Positions 49,600 through 58,389 of a stretch of DNA of 64,000 nucleotides are shown one piece after another. A model generated the notes under the pieces. It was given only the letters and a program-made list of their open reading frames with translations. It did no database searches and was not told where the DNA came from. This DNA is from Candidatus Thorarchaeota archaeon (GTDB lineage: Archaea > Asgardarchaeota > Thorarchaeia > Thorarchaeales > Thorarchaeaceae): the NCBI GenBank assembly GCA_003345545.1, contig PRDH01000039.1, positions 32,001-96,000 of the forward strand, written 5' to 3'. Positions within the stretch are counted from its first letter, which is position 1; the number at the start of each line of letters is the position of its first letter. The position numbers were made by a program, and so were the translations under genes.

Positions 49600-50661
49600 G
49601 TGTCACCAAAGAAGACAGATGTCGAAGATACAGAGGATACAGAGGATACAGAAGATTACGAGGAATTCGAAGGTGGAGTCAGCGAATCTGGCGAAGCCGC
49701 AGAGGTAGGGAGCGAGTCCGTCGCAGGAGTAAATGTCACCGATCTGCCTGGCGTCGGCCCTGCCATAGGCAAGCGGCTTGCTGAGTCTGGGTACAAGAGT
49801 GTTGAAGCAATAGCCGTGGCTTCTCCAAGTGAGTTAGCGGCGGCCGGGTCGATTGGCGAAACAACAGCGACCAAGATAATCAAGGCTGCCCGTGAGATGT
49901 TAGATATCGGTTTTGAAACCGCAGATTTGCTACTTGAGAGGCGCAAGATTGCAGGTCGAATCTCGACTGGTTCAAAGGCTCTGGATGACATGTTCGGTGG
50001 AGGTCTTGAAACCCAATCGATTACCGAAATGTATGGCTCTTTCAGGTCTGGGAAGACCCAGATTGCGCACCAACTGGCTGTAATGGTTCAGCGACCACCT
50101 GGCTCTGGCGGTCTCAGTGCCACTGCCATCTATGTTGATACAGAGGGGACATTCCGACCAGAACGTCTTGTGGATATGGCTGAAGCGCTGGGAATGGACG
50201 TTGCCAAGGTACTGAAGGGTGTCGTCTGGGCTCGTGCGTATAACTCGGACCATCAAATCCTGCTATGTGATCAGGCAATGGAGATGGCACCTGATACAAA
50301 TGCCAAGCTCCTAGTCATTGACTCTGTTACGAGTCATTTTCGTGCGGAATACACGGGCAGAGGTACCTTGGCTGCAAGGCAGCAAAAACTGAACAAGCAC
50401 CTCCACCATCTGCAGAGAGGCGCTGAGATCAATAATATGGCTGTCTACATAACCAACCAAGTAATGGCACGACCTGATGCATTCTTTGGCGATCCCACAG
50501 CTCCTGTCGGTGGCCATGTTCTTGCTCATGTCCCGCAGACAAGATGCTATTTGCGAAAATCCAAGGGCGAACGTAGGATATGTCGGCTGGTAGACTCTCC
50601 GAATCTCCCTGAAGGCGAGGCTGTATTCACGGTCGTCAAAGATGGCATTCGTGACGTCTAG
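49600..50661 (+). CDS. radA: DNA repair and recombination protein RadA
   Basis: HhH LPGVGP, GGGLETQSITEMYGSFRSGKTQ, DTEGTFRPER, VIDS, TNQV; GTG 49600 after GGGAGG. Confidence 0.96.
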   Translation: MSPKKTDVEDTEDTEDTEDYEEFEGGVSESGEAAEVGSESVAGVNVTDLPGVGPAIGKRLAESGYKSVEAIAVASPSELAAAGSIGETTATKIIKAAREMLDIGFETADLLLERRKIAGRISTGSKALDDMFGGGLETQSITEMYGSFRSGKTQIAHQLAVMVQRPPGSGGLSATAIYVDTEGTFRPERLVDMAEALGMDVAKVLKGVVWARAYNSDHQILLCDQAMEMAPDTNAKLLVIDSVTSHFRAEYTGRGTLAARQQKLNKHLHHLQRGAEINNMAVYITNQVMARPDAFFGDPTAPVGGHVLAHVPQTRCYLRKSKGERRICRLVDSPNLPEGEAVFTVVKDGIRDV

Positions 50662-50680
50662 GTTGATCTTACGTAGAGAT

Positions 50681-50699
50681 GGATGGTTTCCGACCATCC
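50681..50699. terminator. hairpin between convergent radA and geranylgeranyl reductase genes
   Basis: GGATGGT-TTCCG-ACCATCC. Confidence 0.5.
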
Positions 50700-50705
50700 T
50701 GCCTC

Positions 50706-52064
50706 TCATTGAAAGTTTGCATCTTCAATTATGCTGAGTACATTCTTCTCCCAGGACTCTAGACCTGTGGGATTAGATGGATATGTTGCGTATACCCTGC
50801 CCAACTTCTTCATTAGAGAGGAAGCTTTTTGGATCTTAAGAAGAAGCGATATACGTCCCGCTCCTCTCTTCGCCCTCTTCATCTTGTCAACAATCCCGAT
50901 AGAGATCCCGCCACCCTTATTGGCAGCAATGAGGTCATCGGCCTCAAGCAGTCTTCTCTCAAAGCCAAAATCCAAGTCCTCGTCCGTGACGCCCTGCAAC
51001 AGCTTCCTGAAAATCTCAAGAGATGCCAGTCTCTTTCCAAAATCCGGCAAGTATCGTGTATTGTAAGACCATAATCCATTGGCAGACAAATCCCGTTTCG
51101 CAATCGCCTCTCGGGCCACTTCACCGAGGATGATGCCCGCCCTCATGCCTGCACCGATGCCACCACCATGAATTGGATTCACCTGCAGGGCCGCGTCGCC
51201 TACGAAAGCCACGCCATTGCCAACTAGACTTTTCAGTGGTCTTCTGACAGGAACTGCGCCGCCTTTCCCATCAATGACAGTGCTCTTGAAGAGGAGCGGA
51301 TAATTGCTCTTGAATGACTCAAAAAGGGCTTTTGGCGAACCTCTACCACTTCCACCAGTTATTCCCACGCCTGCGTTGACTTCCTGTATTCCCTTGGGAA
51401 ATATCCATGCGTAGCCACGAGGGGCAGTCTGACCACCGAGAAAGACTCGCGCAACCTCCGGTTCAGCCAGAGGAACCTTCAAACTCAGTATCTCTCGATA
51501 ACAGAGCGCCACATCAGCCTTGTCGATGTTATTCTCAATTAAGGGGCCATCCAGTTGATTCCTGATTACTGCTGCAAATCCACTCGCATCGATGACAATC
51601 TTGCTCTTTATCGTGGTCTCCTCCCGAGTGGATGCATCTCGGTAGTGTATCCCTGTAACCTGATCCCCGGCAATAGTGGGCGGTCCGACATGAATATTGG
51701 GGATGAACTTGACACCGGCCTTCACTGCCTCATTAAGCAGTCTCTGGCCGAAAGTCAGTCTGTCAATTGTCCAACCATCGAAGTCTGACCAACCACGGAC
51801 TTTTAGCTCATTCTTCATGCTTGGTGGGTATACGTCTGCACCATCAATCACTGAGGAGATCTCATTGTCATAAGGGCTGTTGATACCTGTGGCCTCAAAA
51901 TGCGACTTACTTATCTCATCGCCACATACTTTCTGTCCGACTTCATTCTGAGGCTTCCTGTCCAAGAGAAGTGTCTGAAGGCCAAGTTCTGCACACCGTC
52001 GAGCTGTAACACAGCCAGCAGTACCTGCCCCAACAACAACAACGTCTAGCCTCTTCAATGTCAA
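50706..52064 (-). CDS. geranylgeranyl reductase family (digeranylgeranylglycerophospholipid reductase-like)
   Basis: GAGTAG, KVCGD, DASG, PRGYAWIFPKG, GDAA..VNPIHGGGI. Confidence 0.9.
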   Translation of the reverse strand: MTLKRLDVVVVGAGTAGCVTARRCAELGLQTLLLDRKPQNEVGQKVCGDEISKSHFEATGINSPYDNEISSVIDGADVYPPSMKNELKVRGWSDFDGWTIDRLTFGQRLLNEAVKAGVKFIPNIHVGPPTIAGDQVTGIHYRDASTREETTIKSKIVIDASGFAAVIRNQLDGPLIENNIDKADVALCYREILSLKVPLAEPEVARVFLGGQTAPRGYAWIFPKGIQEVNAGVGITGGSGRGSPKALFESFKSNYPLLFKSTVIDGKGGAVPVRRPLKSLVGNGVAFVGDAALQVNPIHGGGIGAGMRAGIILGEVAREAIAKRDLSANGLWSYNTRYLPDFGKRLASLEIFRKLLQGVTDEDLDFGFERRLLEADDLIAANKGGGISIGIVDKMKRAKRGAGRISLLLKIQKASSLMKKLGRVYATYPSNPTGLESWEKNVLSIIEDANFQ

Positions 52065-52198
52065 TCGTGGTCTAGAATCACTCTAGGGATTTAAATACCT
52101 GCATGACACACACGATGTTTTTCCTGTTCAAACGAAACAAAAGGCTCTTGACACAACCATTATTTGCATCAATGAGTGGTCAGGCTCATGTGAGCCAA

Positions 52199-53506
52199 AT
52201 GCAGAATCTTGTTGTTGTCGGTCTCCAATGGGGGGATGAAGGAAAGGGCAAGATTGTCGATGTCCTCTCGGAAGATTTCGATATAGTTGTTCGCTTTCAA
52301 GGCGGTAGCAATGCTGGCCATACTGTCAAGATTGGCAAGGATGTTTTCAAATTCAGGTTGATGCCCGCGGGAGCAGTGCGTGGCAAGAAGACAGTAATTG
52401 GCAATGGCGTTGTTGTTGATCCCTTCGTTCTAGCACAAGAGATTGACCAATTGAAAAAGGCCGGCTTCAAAATCGACCTCGTTTTGAGTAGTAGAGCTCA
52501 TCTCACAACTCCCTATCAGGTCTTGATTGACGGACTCCAGGAGTTGTCAAGGGGGAGTTCGAAGGTTGGAACGACCAAACGCGGGATTGGTCCCACGTAT
52601 GCAGACAAGATATCAAGGAATGGAATTCGAGGAGCAGATATTGCTACACTTGAGATTTCTGATGAATGGCACATGCTCAAGGAGATATCGGAGTCCAAAA
52701 TTCACCAGCTTTACCATTCAGTGATTGACTCAACAACAAAGGACCAACTGGATGAGTTTTCTCATACATTGAGGAAGATCCTGCCCTATGTAGGCGACAG
52801 CAGCGACTTTCTTAACGACGCCATTGATTCTGGAAAAAGAGTCCTCTTTGAAGGCGCTCAGGGTGCCCTTCTTGATATTGACCATGGCACCTATCCCTTT
52901 GTGACAAGTTCCAACTGTGTGTCCGCCGCTGCTTCGACGGGCACTGGAGTGCCGCCGACCAAATTGGGTTCGATACTCGGTATCGCAAAAGCCTACATGA
53001 CCCGGGTGGGTTCCGGTCCGTTTCCTACCGAACTGGAAGATGAAACGGGGCAGAAGATTCGGGAGAGAGGTGCGGAATTTGGAACAGTCACAGGAAGGCC
53101 GCGAAGATGTGGCTGGCTTGATCTGGTCGCCCTCAGATACAGTGCAAAGCTTAATGGAGTGCGTTATTTGGCAATCACTAAGGCTGATGTTCTCACTGGT
53201 ATCGATCCCTTGAGAGTCTGTGTCGCCTACGAGATTGATGGTACTGAAGTGAAGACCATTCCAGCATCCTCCTCAGTGTTTGCAAGAGCAGTGCCAATCT
53301 ATGAAGAGATGGAAGGCTGGTCGGAGCTGCCTAGGATCACAAGGAGTCCCGATATGTTCAAGCGGCTGCCTGATGCAATGCATCTCTATCTAAGGAAGAT
53401 TGAAGCCTGGACCAAATCCAAGGTTGCAATAGTTTCTTTAGGCCCCGATAGAGCAGAAACCATCGTTGTTCCGAAATCACTCCCGGTGAGCTCTATCCAT
53501 GTCTGA
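52199..53506 (+). CDS. purA: adenylosuccinate synthetase (long form)
   Basis: GLQWGDEGKGK, GGSNAGHT, EGAQG, HGTYPFVTSS, GTVTGRPRRCGWLD. Confidence 0.97.
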   Translation: MQNLVVVGLQWGDEGKGKIVDVLSEDFDIVVRFQGGSNAGHTVKIGKDVFKFRLMPAGAVRGKKTVIGNGVVVDPFVLAQEIDQLKKAGFKIDLVLSSRAHLTTPYQVLIDGLQELSRGSSKVGTTKRGIGPTYADKISRNGIRGADIATLEISDEWHMLKEISESKIHQLYHSVIDSTTKDQLDEFSHTLRKILPYVGDSSDFLNDAIDSGKRVLFEGAQGALLDIDHGTYPFVTSSNCVSAAASTGTGVPPTKLGSILGIAKAYMTRVGSGPFPTELEDETGQKIRERGAEFGTVTGRPRRCGWLDLVALRYSAKLNGVRYLAITKADVLTGIDPLRVCVAYEIDGTEVKTIPASSSVFARAVPIYEEMEGWSELPRITRSPDMFKRLPDAMHLYLRKIEAWTKSKVAIVSLGPDRAETIVVPKSLPVSSIHV

Positions 53507-54059
53507 ACTCTATCATAACAATCGACGCAACGATAATGAGAACGGCGACTGCCAGAAGAGGTGGCACCCAGGTCAGAAAGCGTCCAAATAGCTGCAGAAG
53601 CGTCGACGGTTCCAGACCGATGACTGCCAAGTATCCCCATACGACGAGGCCTCCGTAGATAGCAAAGATAGGAAAGAGAATCGGCCCACCACTTATGACC
53701 AAGAATAGTATCAGGACTGCAAGCTTGCTCTTCGTCGGATCCAAGAGGGGCAATGGAATAGACTCGTTGTCGTTGAACTTGAAGTAGTACCAGATTAGGA
53801 GTGTTGGAAAACGAGCCTTGATGATCTCTAAGACCTGAGTTCCGAGTTGTATTGATAGCAGGAGGCCTGTGTGAACTAGCATATAGCCCAGAACCAGGAC
53901 GTTCAGGATGGGCAGCGGATTTGATGGGTCAAAAAACAACTGCAGGCTCTGAATGATACCAACAAGAACTGAGAAATTCACAATAAGCAGTAAGATGTGG
54001 CCAATAGCGCCTTTGAAGATAGGCTGCCAAGTCGCCATCGCGATCCATCCAGAGGTCAC
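53493..54059 (-). CDS. integral membrane protein (4-5 TM)
   Basis: hydrophobic ORF directly downstream of, and in frame with, the Rab-like GTPase; start may be ATG 54038. Confidence 0.75.
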   Translation of the reverse strand: MTSGWIAMATWQPIFKGAIGHILLLIVNFSVLVGIIQSLQLFFDPSNPLPILNVLVLGYMLVHTGLLLSIQLGTQVLEIIKARFPTLLIWYYFKFNDNESIPLPLLDPTKSKLAVLILFLVISGGPILFPIFAIYGGLVVWGYLAVIGLEPSTLLQLFGRFLTWVPPLLAVAVLIIVASIVMIEFRHG

Positions 54060-54686
54060 TCATACCCCAAGCTTAAACGGCTTTTGGGACTGCATCCCAG
54101 TAGATGTTGGGTCCAATGGGCCAAGCTCATGCTGTTTTGCGATGGCTCTCGTGACTAGGTCGGTAAAAAGCGTATCGACGTTTTCTCCAGTCTTAGCACT
54201 TGTCTGGTAGTGGAGAACATCAAGCCAGTCTTCCACCATACTCCCAGCTTCTGGTGGGACTAAACGATCTGGCCTATCAATCTTATTGGCGACAACGGCA
54301 ACGACTGCATTCGGGCAGACTGTGATTAGTTTTGTGTACCATTCGCCTATGTCCAGAAATGTCTGTGGTCGAGTAACGTCATACACAATGATAGCCATTG
54401 ATGCTCCTGCCATATACCTGCGGCGGAGTTCATTGTAGGTTGGTTGCCCTGCAAGATCCCAGAGGACAACACGTGCTGTCACTCTGCTTCCGGTGGGTAG
54501 GTCAACTTCAAGGGTCTTGAGTGCGAAGGTTGTGCCAATTGTAGCAATGTATCGCTCACTGAAGCTTCCTTCGGTGTATCTGCGGATGCAGCTGGTTTTG
54601 CCTACTGCTCCATCACCTAGAGCAACCAGCTTGAACATATGCGAGATACTCTCTGTTGACAATTCAGACTCTATCCTATTACTCAC
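54060..54686 (-). CDS. Rab-like small GTPase
   Basis: GDGAVGKT, TIG, WDLAGQ, YDVT, NKID, TSAKTG; no C-terminal Cys. Confidence 0.93.
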   Translation of the reverse strand: MSNRIESELSTESISHMFKLVALGDGAVGKTSCIRRYTEGSFSERYIATIGTTFALKTLEVDLPTGSRVTARVVLWDLAGQPTYNELRRRYMAGASMAIIVYDVTRPQTFLDIGEWYTKLITVCPNAVVAVVANKIDRPDRLVPPEAGSMVEDWLDVLHYQTSAKTGENVDTLFTDLVTRAIAKQHELGPLDPTSTGMQSQKPFKLGV

Positions 54687-54856
54687 TCTGCGGGTGAAGT
54701 TCCAGTCTTAGGCATTTAACTATTCTCGGAATGTATGCCAGCCATATGGAGGACGCTCGAGCAGCGAAATTTGCTGCTTTTTTGAGGTATTTATCACCAT
54801 AAGGATTAAGTCAATGCTTTCCCCAGAGTTGTTGTAACTCAAACTGGTGATACTCT

Positions 54857-55561
54857 ATGGCAGAGCAATTCCTGAACCGATTGAACAAGATGGATGAGAG
54901 CATCCACCAACTTGGAGAGACCCTAAAGCGAATGATTACCATTCTTGGTACAGTAACTGAGATTAAATCTGAAGTGCGCGCAGCAAAGGAAGATATTATT
55001 CGAGCGTTGGCAAGCAAGCCTGCTGCCGCGCCTATAGAACATGATCATACCGATGAGCTAGCAAAAATGGTTGTTCAGGAAGTTGGAGATGTTAGGGTCT
55101 TTGTGCAGCAATCCATGGAATCACTGAAGAATGATATGGTTGAGTTACTTCAAGTGATGATTGCTAATGTAGAGAGAGTGCAAATAACCGCTCCTTCTGC
55201 GCCATCGAAGCCATCTGCGTCAGCAGCTCCTCGACGCGCACCCGCGCCTGAGTATGTGGAAAGTGAGGATCAAGTTTCATCTTCGCTCCCTGCTGACCGA
55301 TCTATGAAGATTGGGGAGGAACTGACCGGAATACTGAGTTCATTGAAGATGGGCTGTGTTTCAGGAGACGTATTGGATGCGATGGCCTTAGCAAAGGATT
55401 CTATCATGAGTACAGTTCCAAGCGACCCGATCATGGTCAAAATTGACAAGTGGATTGGGCTTGTTAGCAACTACCCAAGGCGAAATGAATTGCAGGCACG
55501 AGACCTAGTCAAGCTGAAGAAAGAACTGAAAGAGGAGATTCAGAGATACAGTCTTGCTTAG
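54857..55561 (+). CDS. hypothetical helical/coiled-coil protein
   Basis: two helical regions separated by a Pro/Ala/Ser linker; GGTGA SD. Confidence 0.75.
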   Translation: MAEQFLNRLNKMDESIHQLGETLKRMITILGTVTEIKSEVRAAKEDIIRALASKPAAAPIEHDHTDELAKMVVQEVGDVRVFVQQSMESLKNDMVELLQVMIANVERVQITAPSAPSKPSASAAPRRAPAPEYVESEDQVSSSLPADRSMKIGEELTGILSSLKMGCVSGDVLDAMALAKDSIMSTVPSDPIMVKIDKWIGLVSNYPRRNELQARDLVKLKKELKEEIQRYSLA

Positions 55562-55998
55562 TCTTCCTCATCCGCTTGTGGTGCTCCGTCGGCAATCATC
55601 TTCATTGTGGCCAATACTCGAATCACATCTGTCGCTGTGACAACTCCGATGATATCATTGCCTTCAATCACTGGTATATGTAGTCTATTCGCTTGATTCA
55701 TCAGTGCGATTACCTGTCCGAGGTCTGCCTCCGGGCCAATTGTCACTACTGGAGTAGTCATGATGTCCTCTAACGTCAGAGATTTGTACAATTCCGGTGA
55801 CAGAAGCTGTGCAGCAATAATCTCCTTTCTCGTCACAAGTCCTGCCATGACATCTGAGCTTGTCACAATGAGACTGCCGACATCTTCAGCAGCCATCAGT
55901 TTTGCAGCATTGACAAGAGGTGTATCCGCCTCAGCAGTCAGAATCAGAGATGTCATGAAATCTCTCACCGTGAGCTGAGCCATTCTTCCACACTCCAT
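55558..55998 (-). CDS. stand-alone tandem CBS-domain protein
   Basis: VRDFMT, VGSLIV, EDIMTTPVVT, HIPVI..IIGVVT..D. Confidence 0.9.
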   Translation of the reverse strand: MECGRMAQLTVRDFMTSLILTAEADTPLVNAAKLMAAEDVGSLIVTSSDVMAGLVTRKEIIAAQLLSPELYKSLTLEDIMTTPVVTIGPEADLGQVIALMNQANRLHIPVIEGNDIIGVVTATDVIRVLATMKMIADGAPQADEED

Positions 55999-55999
55999 A

Positions 56000-56623
56000 C
56001 TACGTTAGAGGGTTCTTGCTACCCTTCAGTGCATTAAGAAGAAGCTTTTCGGCGCACTTTGAAAACACATCAGCGACTGCTGTGCCGGTCTTGGCAGATG
56101 TTTCGTAATACTCTGCTTGGAACCAACTTCGCAGCATCAAACCTGGTTCTTGAGGAACCATCCGTTTGTCGGTCAAGTCTATCTTGTTCGCACAGATTAA
56201 GACTGGCGCTTCCGGGCATACTTCACGGAAGGATTCAAACCAGTTGTTCATAGCCATGAAGGTTTCTGGTTTTGTCACGTCATATACGATTATGGCGGCT
56301 GATGCCCCCTTCATGTACTGACGTCTCAATTCCCGGTATGTAGATTGGCCACCCATATCCCAGATGCTCAAACGGACCTGTCTGACATTCCCTTGAGTGT
56401 CTCTTGTTTCAACATCCTTCGTGGCGAATGTAGTTCCAATTGTCTGTTTGTACTCCTCGTTGAATATGTTCTCGGTGTATCGCCTCAGTAGCGAAGTTTT
56501 TCCCACCATGGCTTCTCCCAGTAGAACAATTCGGAACTTGTACCCCTGAAAGCCGTCCGCGGCATCAGGGTCTTGTATAGAGTTCGTTCTTTCTATTCTC
56601 TGAGCCATTTGGGAGAACTCCAA
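56000..56623 (-). CDS. Rab-like small GTPase
   Basis: GEAMVGKT, TIG, WDMGGQ, YDVT, NKID, ETSAKTG. Confidence 0.93.
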   Translation of the reverse strand: MEFSQMAQRIERTNSIQDPDAADGFQGYKFRIVLLGEAMVGKTSLLRRYTENIFNEEYKQTIGTTFATKDVETRDTQGNVRQVRLSIWDMGGQSTYRELRRQYMKGASAAIIVYDVTKPETFMAMNNWFESFREVCPEAPVLICANKIDLTDKRMVPQEPGLMLRSWFQAEYYETSAKTGTAVADVFSKCAEKLLLNALKGSKNPLT

Positions 56624-56713
56624 TCAGTAATCAGAACTATCTGTAGGGTGTCATCCCTGTCCGCCACTTATATGTTTTCTGCGGAGAGCTCTCCTAGCTT
56701 CGCCAGAATATCA

Positions 56714-58381
56714 TCATGTCCCGTTCAAGCTACTAGGGAGGAATAGTTCGAAAGCAACTACCGGATAGCCTAGACCGAAGTTGTTGAGTATCTCAGGTGA
56801 TATCTCTCCAAAGAACCCACTGAGTCTGCCTCTGACCTTGATACTTGCGGATCTGCCCTGGATGAAGTCAGAGCATGCAGATGCTTCGAACTCGAACTGA
56901 TTGTCAAGTCCCAGGTTCCTGAGCAGGAATCCGATTTCTGTCATAAGACTTGTGACGTTGACTTTGGCATCAGTCACTAGACCGCATACCGATGGTAGTT
57001 GGTCTACGCAGGTTTCCTTGGATTCATCAGGGATTATGATGTCGCCAACTTCGAAGATCCTCTGCGGGTAGTCTGCATGCTCGTTCTTCGAGGCAAAATC
57101 AAGAAGAACAGGCAGGAGAGAGTTCCTGAGCACGGAGTAGCTTCTGCTCTTGGGATTGCTCGTAGTCACAACCGGCCTGCTGCGACCCATGCGTTCATTC
57201 AATACCTCAGTTGACGTCATTATGTAGTTCATGACCTCAAGATACTTCATACCGACCATGAGATCTCTGACCTTATTCTTGAGTCTGGTGACTGGATTTA
57301 CACTACCCGTGGTCATCGTCTGTGGCATTGCAGGTTGTATCTTATCGAACCCGAATCCGATGGCGATGTCCTCCATGATATCAACAGGATGAAGAATGTC
57401 CATCCTGTATTTCGGAATCTGCACACGAACCTTCTCTCCTTTGGCCAATCTTGCGCCATATCCCATCCTTTCAAGAGCTCTGGTTATCCTATCGCCATCG
57501 AGATCGAGGCCCAGTAGCTTATTGACATCCTCAATACTGATTGTCATCTGTTCAGGACTGAAATCGGGAGTTTCCTCGACTGTGTCATCTGGATAGGTGA
57601 TAGTCACTGATTCAATCTGTGCTCCCCGTTCAGCTAGCGACGCAGTGATTATGTTCAACGCCTGTTGCACTGTCAAAAGATGCGTTCCTGTGACTTCCAC
57701 AAAGAGATTCTTTGTTTCAGTTGTTATACGTCCAAGGTCATTACTATTGATTATCGGTGGAAGACTCAACACTTGCCCTTTCGAATCATAGAGGAGCGGC
57801 CATCTTTTGTGAGCTTCGATGATTGCTCCGAACTCGACTCCCTTCTCATGATGAGCCAAGATTCCTGGCCCGTCCATTTCCGCTTCATATCCCAGCGGTA
57901 CGAACCTTATCTTCTCAGGCTTTTCCGTTCCGTAGATTATCGGAAATTCCAGTTCATCATAGACGTAGAGACCTATGCTTGCCTTTTTCCTGTTCCTTCC
58001 GTGCGTCGAAGTAAGTGCTTCCTGAAGGTGCATATACTCCTTGATCAGTTCATCGTCAGCTCTTACGCCCTTGAGTATTGAGCAGCAAATGAACGGCCTA
58101 ATCTTGTTGAGACCTGGTTGAACGATTATTTGCTTTCCCGATTTCTTCACATTGTACTTCTTGAGTCCTGGCTCTATATCTAGAAATGATCTGACAGCAC
58201 GTGCTATACCCTCAGTAGAAAGCATGTCTTGACGGTCTGGATTGACCTCTATCTCAACGACATTCCCCTCGATTCTCTCAACTTCAGCCTTCAAGAGGAA
58301 TAAGGATTCCTCGAGTTGCTCCAGAGTGAGTTTCTCACCAATAAGTGACAAGAGATCATTGATTCTACATTCTACTATCAT
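56714..58381 (-). CDS. pheT: phenylalanine--tRNA ligase beta subunit (archaeal/eukaryotic type)
   Basis: NPDRQDMLSTEG, SLPPIINS, RMDILHPVDIMEDIAIG, LRNSLLP. Confidence 0.95.
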   Translation of the reverse strand: MIVECRINDLLSLIGEKLTLEQLEESLFLLKAEVERIEGNVVEIEVNPDRQDMLSTEGIARAVRSFLDIEPGLKKYNVKKSGKQIIVQPGLNKIRPFICCSILKGVRADDELIKEYMHLQEALTSTHGRNRKKASIGLYVYDELEFPIIYGTEKPEKIRFVPLGYEAEMDGPGILAHHEKGVEFGAIIEAHKRWPLLYDSKGQVLSLPPIINSNDLGRITTETKNLFVEVTGTHLLTVQQALNIITASLAERGAQIESVTITYPDDTVEETPDFSPEQMTISIEDVNKLLGLDLDGDRITRALERMGYGARLAKGEKVRVQIPKYRMDILHPVDIMEDIAIGFGFDKIQPAMPQTMTTGSVNPVTRLKNKVRDLMVGMKYLEVMNYIMTSTEVLNERMGRSRPVVTTSNPKSRSYSVLRNSLLPVLLDFASKNEHADYPQRIFEVGDIIIPDESKETCVDQLPSVCGLVTDAKVNVTSLMTEIGFLLRNLGLDNQFEFEASACSDFIQGRSASIKVRGRLSGFFGEISPEILNNFGLGYPVVAFELFLPSSLNGT

Positions 58382-58389
58382 GCTATCAC

